Origin: Azolla caroliniana
Taxonomy: Eukaryota > Plantae > Polypodiophyta
Length of the DNA stretch: 64,000 nucleotides
Direction of reading: 5' to 3'
Assembly: GCA_043228905.1 (NCBI GenBank)
Contig: JBHGNT010000005.1
Location: 7,440,001 to 7,504,000 of the forward strand
Position numbers and translations under genes: made by a program
Shown here: positions 11,937 to 24,800 of the stretch, in pieces
Layout of the letters: each line of letters begins with the position of its first letter
Numbering within the stretch: the stretch's first letter is position 1
Notes under the pieces: model-generated
What the model saw: only the letters and a program-made list of their open reading frames with translations
The model's database searches: none
What the model was told of the DNA's origin: nothing

Positions 11937-12525
11937 TCAACCTTTTTACAATAAAGCTACGATATATGCAATGGAAATTGAGAACCATTTGTCAAAATCC
12001 TCTTTAGGTAATAATGTTAAAGAAAATTGGAAACACTTGAAAGATGTCATCCTTGAGGTAGGATATCAACACTTTCGAATGCGTGTTGGTGGACATATAA
12101 GATCTAGTTTCCCATGTAATTCTTGGTTTAATGAGGAATGGAAGATATATCTCAAACTATATAAGTTTGCGAAAGAGGAAAGTGAACGGGTCATGGCATG
12201 GCACCAATATAAAAAAGATAATGAGGAGAAAGAAAAGACCATACTTCCATTTGCAAGAAAGGAATAAAAAAGGTTTTTAAAGCTCCAACCAAGCCTAGCA
12301 TGGAGACAACACAATGGTAAGAAGGAAGATATCAAAGGTGAATTTACAAATGAAGAAATTCTAGAATATGTGCAAAGCCTATATATGCATGAGGGAGTGG
12401 CTCCTATGGTTGAGAACATTGAAATACCTTGTAATACATGCATTGATCTTGAAGATGTCAATAAGGGAACAAAGAAGATGGCCAATGTTGAAGTAGCCAA
12501 CGTAACTCTCATTACAAGTGAGCTT

Positions 12526-13131
12526 TGTTAAGTATCCAACACTCAGCATACCGGTTGTGGAGATTGTAACGCCAACAAGAGACATTGAGCTCAACCAACC
12601 TTAGGAAAAAGGGGGATATAACAAACCAAAGAGAAAACAATGTATGTCAATGTGCAACCTAGTATGAAATGGAGAAACTTGCATTGTAAACATCTATAAA
12701 ATCAATCTTTTGGTGACCTTTGAGCTCTTTCTTGATTCTTAGGGGTTCTCCTTTTCTAATAGTACACTAAGAGCTCCTCTTCTATCTCCTTAATACTTCA
12801 TTAGAGTTAAGAGAGATTAAGGTTAAGAGATAAGTAAGTCAAACCCTAATATCATCCTCTTGTATGGTGTTAAACCTCTTTGTATTGAGAAGTGGTGTTA
12901 ACGATAATATATCTTCTTTGTGTAAGAGAGAGTAAAGCAAGGAAGAGAGATTAAGTACTAAAAGGTAAATGCTAAGCAAGCTAGTAGCTCGAAGATGCTC
13001 GAAAACCACTTTCACGTGATTCATCATCAAAAGGGTATACATTCGTCTGGACTCAAGGCTAACGACATCGATAGGAGGCAAAACTCCATCAATCTATAGA
13101 TAAATTCCGTGAGGTACACGGAAGCGACACA
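12526..13131. mobile_element. Solo LTR inserted in the second LINE
   Basis: TGTTAAG...CGACACA with TSD AGCTT/AGCTC; removal restores the LINE frame (S-E-L-L-K, compare AEMLKW in LINE 1). Confidence 0.75.
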
Positions 13132-16100
13132 AGCTCTTAAAATAGACAATGCCAAGTGCTTGTCATTGGATCATGACCAACATAGATCAAGCTATTAAAC
13201 AAGGTTTTCCGAATAATTCGCTCATGAATTGGATTAAGCCAGGATCAAATTATCATACAATTATAGTGAGCTCAACTATTGCTAAGTTGTATGACACTCT
13301 TAGGAGCGAAAGATAAGTGCATGGGCTGAAAGTAAAAACAAACAAGGACTTGAGCAAGCAAGTTTTAGACCAAAACACTCCACGATAGATCATCTTGTTA
13401 CATTAAGAATAATTATGGAAGAAAGTCAATGACAAGGAAAGACACTCTATTGTTGCTTTGTTGATTTAAAAAAAGCATTTGATAAAATACCACGAAGTGA
13501 GCTTTTGGAATTGAATCGTGGAAATTGGCATGCCATTAGAGTATCGAGTTGCTATTGCACAATTACATAAGCAAGTTAGATGCCAACTAAAAATTGAGAA
13601 TGGTTTCGCAAAACACTTTTTAAGTAACATGGAGAACACTGGGACATTTGAAACAGGTAATATGTCACATTTTGAGAACACTCCGTCAAAAAAAGACATA
13701 GAATAGGTCGTTTCACAAAAAAGGATGACGCATGTGTAAAGGTTTTTTAAAAATGAACCAAAATATATTGATTTTCAGCATTTCGAAAAGTTTAGGGCTT
13801 TCTAAAAATGCCTAAATAATAGACAAGCCAAACTTTCAAAAGAATGTACAAAATGACTACCACCTAGATTTATACATATTCGTGATTTGACATATTGAAG
13901 TAAAATACAAATTACAGTTCATCTATCAGAACTATCACTTCCCAAAGCTATGCCATCATTTTCAGACCCATCCGATGAACTAGAAGAGCTTTGTGAGGTC
14001 TCATCCTCATTATCACTGGCAACCAATGCATTGTCTTCATCTTATTGCAAGCCAACCTCACCATGATTATGAGACATGCTTCTTGTTTGTCTTTGTCTCG
14101 TGGTTGGCACCACATTTCGGATCGTCTCTTTTATTATTTTAATGGTGGTTTGTCTTAGATGGCTTGTTTTAGTCAAGGAGAAGTCGTACACGAATATGTC
14201 AACATTATTCAGCGTGAGAGTAGATGTGTGTTACGGGCATGACCATATAATATCCCGTGGTGAGAATGTACCGTAGTATTCTATAAACACGGATAAAGTG
14301 TGAGGGTTAAATGAGAGTGTAAAGAAGGGGAGGATTACTTTTAATCCCGAGGATTGAGACAACCCATTAGGCCAAGTGTGAACTTGCCTCGGGGCCTTAG
14401 GTGAGGCTATAAATATGAGGCCTTGCTACTCTCATTTCATCATCTCTTGACTACGTCGAGACTCTGTTCTTGTGGTGGGTCAACTCTTGAAGCGAGTGCG
14501 CCAGCACCAAGTACGACTCGACACCACGATGGTGGTATGGGATGCCGATCGAGGCTCCAGTTCGTCTTGATCCCTTCGCTCGGGGGTGGTCGGGTGGATC
14601 AACACCCTTCCTTCTCTCTCTCCTTTCTTATTAATCTATCTTTGTTATCCTTATCATACGCTTACTTTAGTACATAACTCTAACAATGGGTATCCGAGCC
14701 ATGTTTCTAATGTTTTGTTTGTTGATTGTTTTCTTTTGATGGATGACGATCGATCGGTGTGCGGTCGACCGTGATTCAGAAAGGCATAAACAAGTGAACT
14801 TTGGTAACTCTTTCTGATTTTTTTTTCTATTCTTTCTTCTCCCAATCTAATAATATATAATAAATATATTCAATTTCAATGATTCAATGATGTTGTAGTG
14901 GTAATGGATTGGTTGTATGAAACGTATACATATGTGTATGAGATCAATAACTCATTTGACATATATTTTATATGTGATTCGTATCGTATGTGTACGACGT
15001 TAATACTCAATTGCGTATTACGTTCACATACATATGTTATGTATGCGTATGAGGTGAATACCTTGATTTCTATGTAAATGATATGCAATTGGTGTGGTAT
15101 GCGTAAGAGGTCAATACCTCAATTGTGTATTACATTCACCCTTATTTTTGGATGTTTCGTGTGCATAGAGGTTATATGCCTCGATTATGTGTCTCAATTT
15201 CATCATTTGTTGGCTATTTTATGTTACGAGTGTTTTTAGTATACGCATGTGTGGTCACGTGTATACGTATTTGATTGTATACATGTGATAAACATACATA
15301 TGTGTATATTAGTTATTACGTGATTTTGTATATCGAATTGTCCTTTTCGGGGAAAGGATCTTGGTGGCCTTCATCACATTTTTATGAGAATGGCGTCGTC
15401 ACCATCCTTTTTTTCAACAATTCTTTTGTTGTCATCCCAGTTGGTCACTTCTATTTCGCTACGCGTTATAACGAAACGATGATAGCCACAATGATGTTAA
15501 GAGCGTTGGGCTTGACCCGCTTCATGTGAGGTCGCTCCAATGACACATGTATCCAACATCCCTCCCTCGTTACATGGATGTGATGTCGTGACCATGAGAT
15601 CATCATTACAGAAGGCATTTGTAATGACGTGACCATGAGATCATCATTACGGAAGGCATTCGGAATGACGTAACCATGTGATGGGCCATGTGGGCCTACT
15701 ACGAAAAGAGGGTTCATTTGGCTTGACCATTAGGTTGCACTTTGGCGTATGCCATCGTAATTATGAGACTTGAGGTTAGGTAACGTACCAACATAGTTTT
15801 GCAGTAAACGAGGGGGAAATAAGGACTCTCGACATAATATATGTTTTCTCTTAAAAAACATATATGGGAAAATGCCTTTGGATATTTCTTATATACATAA
15901 ATGAGCAAACTGATTGGTTAGCTCAAGTGTTTCATGCATTTGTTCTCAAGGTTTCGAGTTCAAATATGACCAACACCATATAACATTGTTGATACATATG
16001 ACCATAACACATGTTTAGACTTTAGGTCTAATTGCACTTCGGGGGCCTCATAATAGGACTTAAAGAGTCGAAACCGCATGGGTGGGCACAGAGACATAGT

Positions 16101-16639
16101 TTATCGTTAACATTATTTCGTGTATAAATTATTCTTACCGCAAACATACATGGTTGAGCCTTGGGGAGCCGCCATGAAAAAATCGATATGGAGATCAGGG
16201 AAAGACATTCATTTGTCACCCCCATGGTAACCTGATCTTGAACCTCATCTCATACATCTAGAGGGGTATTGACGTGAGATCATGATATCGATTAATGTTT
16301 GTCCATGATATGTTTACATCACGACATAATGTTATGACTATTTGCCTGATCTTATCCTATTTCTTTGCCAAAAATAATCATTCAATGGCTCAGGATAACA
16401 ACCCGATGTCATCTGCTCAAGTGGAAGGAACTCAAAGAAATCCTCTTGGAGCAATCTCCATTGAGTCATATTTGTTTGACTTTATCCTATTTCTTTGCTA
16501 GAAATTATCATTCAATGGCTCATAATAACGACCTGATGACATCCGCACAAGCAGAAGGAAATCAAGGAAATCCTCCTGACCAACCCCCATTGAGTCGTAT
16601 TTTTTACAAATACAAAATTTCCTTAATTCAACCTTGCAT

Positions 16640-18895
16640 CAGATGACTGAACTTTGGGAATCTCATAGTGCTCTCGAGGCACATGTCATTAGTTTACAAC
16701 ATGATACTAATAGACCTAATGAGCGTCAAGGTGAACCATCATTTGTCATAAACTCATTTACGGGAGAAAAAAAGGAAAGAACCGAAGAAGCAATCTGCAT
16801 GTGGTTGGGTCGATGAAAGTCTCGTTTTGAGCTCTATCCGAAGCCAAATAGTACGAAGATTACATATGTCGGCTGAGAACTAGGGGGTAAGGCCACTACC
16901 TAGTGGTGTGGGCTTCGAACTTTAGGGAAATTGCCCGATACCTGGATAGATTTTGTCACAGTTTTGAAGGGCCAAATTTTGCAACTTCCATCTCGAAATG
17001 AGGCAACACAAGCATTAATGAACCTCTCTAACTGGAAATTTTCCTTGTTAGAAGACTATGTTCACTATGCTAGAACCCAAATCCAAAAATCGGGTCTTGA
17101 AGGGGACAACTAGTTAATAGCTTGTTTTGTCAATGGCATCCCCAATTCGGACTATCACTAGATAGTGCACGATAAGGATCCCAAATCCTTCGAAGATGCC
17201 GTTGAAATAGTTCTTCACTATCAACGCACTTCGAAGAAGGACTGGATAACAAACCCAACGAAGCCTTGAAATATTTTTGTGACCACCAAGACCTTAAAGG
17301 TCGTAAGGCATGATGGGCAGACCTCATGCAGGACTTTGATTTTTCCATAAGATATCGTAAAGGTTCCATGAACACTGTCGCTGACGCACTAAGTCGCATC
17401 GATAAAGTTAACATGCTTAGCTTCACTGAAATAACTTCAGATCTTTATGATCACCTTCGAGGAAAGTATCCTGATGACAGTTATTTTGTGAAATACTAGG
17501 CAAGAGTTGAGTCTGGAACAAACACCACCACATCATCGAAGGAATACTTCCACATTGCTAACGGTTTGCTCTACCATAACGGGAAGGTTTGTATTCCATA
17601 TTTGCCTGAGGTTAAAAAGAGAATTCTTTTTTAAGGCCATGATGCACCCTTAACAGAGCACCCTAGAATACATTGTACACTCATTCTTATCTCCACTCAA
17701 TTTTACTGGCCTAAGATGCATCCTAACATACATAGTTATGTGACTAAATGTCACAAGTGACAAGTTCACAAAGCCGAGCGACTTAAAGCCGTTAGACTTG
17801 TATATCCCTTGGAAATTCCTAACAATAAGTGGGAAAGTATATACATGGATTTTATTCTTAGCCTTCCTCACACCCAAAAGGGCCATGATTCCATCTGGGT
17901 TATGGTTGATCGACAAACTAAAATGGCCAAATTTATTACTATTAAAACCACAGTAACAACTCCTGAATTGGCTTCCCAATTCGTTGACGAGTTATTTCAT
18001 TTTTATGGGTTACCGATGGATATCATGCGTGATCAAGATCCAAAGTTTACTAGCAACTTCTGGACGCGTCTTTAAGAAGTTAGAAACTACATTGAGCATG
18101 AGCTCCATGGATCATCCTCAATCTGATGGACAGACAGAACGAGTAAATCAAATTATTGAGGACATGCTCCGTGCATATGTTGGTACAAAACCAACAAAAT
18201 GGGAACGTTATCTCCCAATTTTGGAGTTTGCTTATAATAGCTCCAAGCATACATCGACGGGATATAATCCTTTTATGTTGATGTATGGTTTTCAACCACG
18301 AGCCCCAATTGATGTTAATGTACATCATGATGAGTTGCGAAGTACGCAAAACTTTCTTTGGGATATGAAAGATATGTTGCATATTGCACGAGATAATATA
18401 AAAACAGCTCAAGATAGAGCGCGTTTATATGCCGATCATAATAGGCAACTCGTGCATTCAACCCTGGACAGAAAGTATTTTTACGTGCACGTCACAATTC
18501 TAAGACATTGTCTACGGGTAAATGCACTAAGTTAGCCCCATGGTTGTGTGGACCTTTTACAGTCCTCAAACACATTAGTTCATCAGCCTATCGTCTCGCT
18601 CTTCCTGATGGCGTTGAAATACATCCTGTTTTTCATGTAAGTCGTCTAAAAGAACTTCTTGGTTCTGGTGACAATACAATGACAATTGAAACTCTGGTTA
18701 CTTTTGAAGAATTATCTTCTAAACCACATGTACGAGAAAGAATTCTCGATGTTAAAACAAAAAATTTGCATTCTAACATAATCTGAGGATTTAAAATTAA
18801 ATGGATGGATAAATCAATAAAAGATGCCACATGGGAACGCGAAAATACTCTCAGAACGAACTTCCCTAACTTTCCATTGCAAGAGTGCAATGTTT
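16640..18895 (+). pseudogene. Degenerate gag followed by RNase H end-integrase-chromodomain; protease and RT absent
   Basis: gag-like LPDTWIDFV; NTVADALSR; WESIYMDFI, HPQSDGQTERVNQ, CGPFTV, IHPVFHVSRLK; chromodomain ERILD...IKW...DATWE. Confidence 0.85.
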
Positions 18896-21800
18896 TAAAG
18901 AGGGGGGAGTATGTTACGGGCATGACCATATAATATCCCGTGGTGAGAATTTACCATAGTATTTTATACACGTGGATAAGTGCGAGGGTTAAACAAGAGT
19001 GTAAAGAAGGGGAGTATCACTTTTAATCCTCGGGGTTGAGACAACCCATTACGCCAAGTGTGAACTTGCCTGGGGGCCTTGGGTATCGCTATAAATAAGA
19101 GACATAGTTGTTACGGGCATGACCATATAATATCCCGTTGTCGCGTTGTTACGTGCGTATGTGTAGAAAGGGGCAGGACCATGGGGGTCTTGGACCGAGG
19201 AGCGAGAGAGAGACAGACTGAGAGAGAGAGAGATTCACCGACACATAGAAGCGAGAAAGAGAGAAACAAAATACAACACTTAATTATAATGACAGGGATT
19301 ACAAACTCCGACGATTACAACCGACAAAGCGGCGACGGGCCCGACACGGGGACCCTACTCACGCACACCGACGACAGTCACCGACTCAAGGAAACAAAGG
19401 GGAAGGGGAGCGACTCTGCTGGAAGCGCACGGGCTGTCCATGAAGCAGAGGCAGCGGCCTCCCAACACCCGCAGGGAGCGACGGTTCGAGTCACAGAGAG
19501 AGAGCTCTGCCTTCCGTTCTGCAGCCACCTCCCTCCTCCTCGCGCGCGATATCGTTCTTCTCTTCTCCTCTTGCCTTTATTCCCTGTCCCCCCCCCCCTC
19601 CCTGACCGGGATACACACAATCCCCTCTAATAAATGCGTGTGGATTAGTAGTTACATCCACCGGTTCGTGTGCAAAGTATCCAGTCACACGTTCATCCGT
19701 GTAAGGGCCGGTTTACGCGCTTTCTCTCCAATTCCGCCTATGGCCGGTTTTTTTCACGACATCCACCCCCACCAAACCGCGCATCCACCGGCATGCGCCA
19801 GAGCCGGGTAGATACCAAAGAAAACCGGCCTCACTCGTTGCTCTCCGATTCTCCGCCGGACCCGAACTGATCGTCGTTGTCGCTCCCGCTCGCAGTCTTC
19901 GGCTCGTCTTCGAACCGCTTTTTGAAAGCTTTGATCCGCTTTCCGGCCACCGGCACCGCTAACCGTGTCCCGTCGAGTTCCGCGAGGTGGTACGTGCCGT
20001 TGCCGTTCGCGCTCGTCACCATGTAGGGTCCGAACCATCTCCTAGCAAACTTTCGCACCGCCCTATGCTGATTGTCGAGACTGTTGTCGTATACCAAGAC
20101 CCAGTCGCCTTCCTCGATCCTCTTTGGTTACAATCGGTGCGTCCGGTTGAACCGGATCTTGTTCCGCTCCCTTGCCGCTCGCAGCCTTTCCTTCACCCGT
20201 ATCACGTCCTCCGGCCTCCACTCGAGTTGCGGAATCCGCACCGCTAGCAACTCCTCCCGGCTCATTTCGTCCTTCCAATCTACCATCGCCCACGAAGAAA
20301 CCGTCCGCTCCACCGACATGATCGGCTTTTGTCCGTACATCAGCTCCGTCGGCATGAATCCTGTCACCGAACTGTGCGTAGTCCGGTTCGCCCATTGCGC
20401 GTAAGGAAGGAGTCGCGGCCAATTCCCGACCTGCCCACCGCATGCACGCACCAACGCCTTTACAATCGGTCTGTGCCCACGTTCCACTTAATGTACGCTA
20501 TCCACCGGAGCATTGCCAGGTCCGGCGTCGCGCATCCGAAAACCATGCCGAGTATCGGCAGGCAGTCCGTCTCGATAATCACCTCCGTCCCGATCAGATA
20601 ATCCTTGTAGGCCTTGACTGCCGAAACAACACCCCAAAGTTCACGCGTAACTTGGGCGTACCCTCGTTGCCGCTTGCTCAATACCTTCGCCCCGAACCGG
20701 ATCGGGAATCGTACGCCGCCCTTGTCCTCCTGACTGATTACCCACCAGATCCCGGTCGGGCTGGTGTCCACCGTTACGCAGATGGGAACATCCTTGTCGT
20801 AAACCGCTTTACGGAGAGCCGGCGCTGCCGTAAGCGCCTCCTTTAGTCTCCGACCCGACTCTGTGTGCTCCGTCCTCCACTCAAAGCTACGCCCCTTTTT
20901 CAATAGTCCGTAGAGGGGTTCCGCGACATGTGCGTAGTGCGGGATCCAAATGTGGTAGAACACGCATGCCCCCAAGAATCTGCGGACCTCTGTGACCGAC
21001 CCGCAAACGTTCCTCATCGCGGAGATGGCCTCTACCTTTGCCGGAGACGGTTTTCTACCGTAAGGCCCGCACAGGTGTCCGACCACCAAGATTTCCGACT
21101 GTCCGAAGGCCGACTTTTCCCCAGAGAAGGTGAGCCTCACGCGCTCTAGTCTCTACAGCACCTTCTCGCAGTCATCGATGTGGGACGCCACGAAAATTCA
21201 ACATCCGTCCGACCCGATTGCCTCGTCCCTTTCCTCCATCAGGCATCCCTTGATCGGGATGTCGTCGAAGAACGACATGGTGATGTCCGGGATACAATCC
21301 CTGAGCACTTTGTTCATCGCGTTCACCATGTGAGCCACTGAGTTCGTCCCTCCTTGTAGCAGGGTACACATTCGCACTAGGCTGAGAGGAGTCCGCATCG
21401 TCGTAATGTCTCTACTCTCCACGGCTAGTTGGAACTGATCGTACCCCGAGTACAGATCGCCGACAGAATAGATCGACCTTCCAGCGAAGGCCTCCGCGAA
21501 CTCGTCTATGGTCGGTCCGATCCCTGCATTATGGATGGTCACCTTGTTGACCGGTTGGAGGTCCTGGATGAAGCGCAGCGTGCCGTTCTTCTTCGGCACC
21601 GTAAACCACCGATTTAAATACGGGGCACTCAACGGTTCGAGGATGCCCATCTCCACCTTTTGCTTTAGGAGCTCCATCAACTTTGGGATGTGAGCTCTTG
21701 GAATCGGAATCGGCTTGAGATTCCACGGTACATGTGGTACCGTGAAGATCACCATCGGTTCGACAACTGTCGGGTCTACGCACCCGATCTCCTCCGGTGA

Positions 21801-24800
21801 GAATGCGAAAGCCTTCCCGTGCCTTCCGAGCATTCTCCGAAACCGGTCCTCCTCCGCCGGCAGTAGGAAGCCGCCCCCACCGACCTTGAGCTCCCGTAGC
21901 GTTATGTCGGTGAACCGGTGCCCTATGCCAGCTGGATTCCGTAAACTTGGGTCCGACGTGACCCCTTTTATCCGCTCCTCGCTGCCCTCCAGCAAGGGTG
22001 CCGCGATTGGCCTCACCTTCCGGTCCACAGTCTTGTATTTCGTATCCACGCGGGCCGTCCGATCCGACCCGATCCTTTCCCCGAAGTCCGCGATGACTTC
22101 GTACATTCCCATCGATTCTACCGGAACGGTCCGGTCTTCTCTAAGGTCTTCATCGATCACCTTTCGTAGTTCGCCCAAGGTGTCGTCAAAAGAGACTGCC
22201 TCCACAGCACCGCTGATGTCTTCGTTGGGGAAGAGGACTCCGCATCCCTTGAGCCGCTCCTCCGCTCGCTTCCTCTCCCGGCCGCTGACGCCGGTTATAG
22301 TACAACCTCCGTTGTCGAAGAACCAAAACTTCCTACCCATGGTACAAGTCTTCTTCCGTACTGTACATTTGTGGGGTTGTTCCCGGGAGTCCGGAATATC
22401 ACGGCCCCACGCCTTGATAGCCCTCTCTAAAAATCCCCTTGGGTTTCGCTGCCGAGGGCCTCGCAGTTACGCTCGTGGTTTGGTCTCACCGTTAGAAATT
22501 GGACCGAGTGGCGCCCGTCCTGGCTTTTGACTCTTGCATAGGCTGAACCGTTGTCCAGCACCTTGGTCTCCATCCGTGCCGCCGTGATATATGGCTCTCC
22601 TAGTATAACCGGATGCGAGGACGTCTCCTACACGAAGAAGCGCTAGTCGATCTCGACATCGCCGATTTTCACCCGTACGTTCGGACAAGCCCCATGTAGT
22701 TCTTCTGTGGCGCGCGTCGCTGCCCGTATCTTTCAGCCATGCTTGATGTTGATCGGCCATTTACCCTTCTTGTAGAAATCCATGGACATCAGGTTGATTT
22801 CGGATCCATGGTCTACCAACGCCACCACCGGTTCCAGAACGTTGCCGATCCGTACTGGGGTTTCCGTAGTCGCCCTGGCCCAATGCGGCTTTGTGTAGTG
22901 GCTTCCCACCAACTCATCTTCCAGGGCTCCGTCTTCCAGGTGCGTGGTCCACACTTTCACCGGCTTCTCCGGTTCTGGCTCCATCGAGAGCCTCTTCCAC
23001 TTCACCAAGTCTACAATAGAGTCGTGGAACTCCCTCTTGGCGGTTCCCAGCACCTCCAGCAACGACAGCTCCACTTTACTGTCGAGGATTCGCTCCTCAA
23101 GGACCTTCCGTAGGTCCGTTGCTCTCTCGATTTCGGTGCTCAACCGAAACCCCACTTGCTTCTTCCCATCCGGCACGCCTGGGTTGCCGGCACCGGTCGG
23201 TTTCGGCCAGAATCGGGTCTCATACCTCGGGGGCCCAACCCCTCCAGCCTTTCCTACCCGTTTGTCCTCCACCAGAACCTCGTAGTTCTGGCAAGTGGCT
23301 TCTACGAAGCCCATTTTCTCTTCCACCGGATCGTCCCAACCGGTGACCTCCTGGACCCGTTGTTCCGCGCGATCCGCCTCTTCCTTCCTCAGCCGAACTC
23401 CGGAGAGGCCTTCTAGTACTAGCGGCCAGAATCTGGAGTCCTTTGCCTTCCGGGTCTCATCACCCCCGACCCGAATTCCCGCCGACACTGAGTAGTTAAC
23501 AGCTTCGACGTGACATGCCGCGGCCTCTTCCATCAACCTCTTCATTCCGCCGCACCTCGTATTCAGTTCCAGGGCTCTCCGGGTCTCGCTCGCGTGCACC
23601 CGCCCGTTCCAGAGGTACACCATGTTGGTCTTGAGCGCATCGGCGAAATCTGCGCAGTCCTTCCGAATGTGACCGATCGCGTCACACCACATGCACCGCT
23701 GCCCAACCGGCGGCCTCTGGTCGCGAGGTTGTTTACCGCTGTCTCTTCGGGCCTGTGCGATCTGCAGGTTGCGCACCATCTGTGTTAGCTCCTCCAGAGC
23801 CGCTCCTTCGGACGGGCCTCTAACCACGTCGTTTGATGCCGACCCCGACTCCGGCCAGATTCGGGTCTCTTCCTTCCTCCCAGCCGGCACCGAAACCGGC
23901 TCCTCGAGCCTCCTCCTCGGGACTGTTGAGAAGCAAGCTCAACATGGTATGTGATGCTTATGAGAAATAAGCTATAGTAGCTATTTAGCTACTAGTGAAC
24001 AAAAAGGTAAAACAGCTATTTAGCTAGTGACAGCTAATTAGCTAGTGAACAGCTATTTAGCGACTGACAGCTAATTAGCTACTGGCAGCTAATTAGCTGC
24101 ACGTGTAATAACTTATGACTTAGGTAAAAGTAAGAGTGAGTGAATAGAAAGGTAGTAGTAGAGAAAAAAACAGAGAATAGTGAGTAGAGAACTCTGAGAG
24201 AGAGTGAGAGACCAGAAGACTGACGAGAGCAAGTTGAGCTCTACATGTAATAGAAGAAAACCATTTTGCTACTACAGAGGTAAGTCCCCTTTCCTTTCTC
24301 TGTCTGTTTAGAGCACGCTAACGATCCAGCACACTACGATCCGCCGCGCATACAGAAGAAGAGCCCGAGTGCCTTCTTCACGTTTTCTTAACATGGTATC
24401 AGAGCAGAGTAGCTCGTAAGGAAGAGTGTAGCAGTGCCTTAATCTGAGAAAGTTATTTCTCTGGTTGCTGATCAGAAATCAGAAAGTTACTTGTTGAAGT
24501 AACTAAAGCAAAACCCTAGTTTTTTGGGAGGAAAAAAATGGCTGCAGAGAATGTAGGCCAAATGGTCACAAAGAAATTAGATAAAAACAATTTCCCGGCG
24601 TGGAAATTCAGAATGACAAACTTTCTGATGGGGAAAGGATACTGGGATTACATTGAAGGAGACCTAGAAGAGGCTCCAGAGATCCCAGAAGAGAATGCAA
24701 CAGCTGCACATATTAAGGCATTTAAAGATTGGAATCAAGGGGCAAGGAAAGTAATGCATTGGCTATCACTCAGCATCTCAGATTCAATGCTTGGGCATAT

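Larger units (their letters stand above)
10981..13635 (+). mobile_element. Second, older degenerate RTE-X-like LINE ORF2 remnant directly abutting the first
   Basis: IDVIFLVETW, MGEFNAR, WFNEE, NWIKP, HSTIDHLVTLRIIMEES and CCFVDLKKAFD with many stops and frameshifts. Confidence 0.85.

Noticed and set aside
19079-19630. 183-aa ORF (and its 187-aa twin at 35453-36016)
   Set aside because: Lies in the Trp-Gypsy LTR, starts outside it at different positions in the two copies, and has no recognisable domain.
23968-24100. Repeat array superficially like a CRISPR
   Set aside because: Eukaryotic LTR context, no unique spacers, no cas genes.
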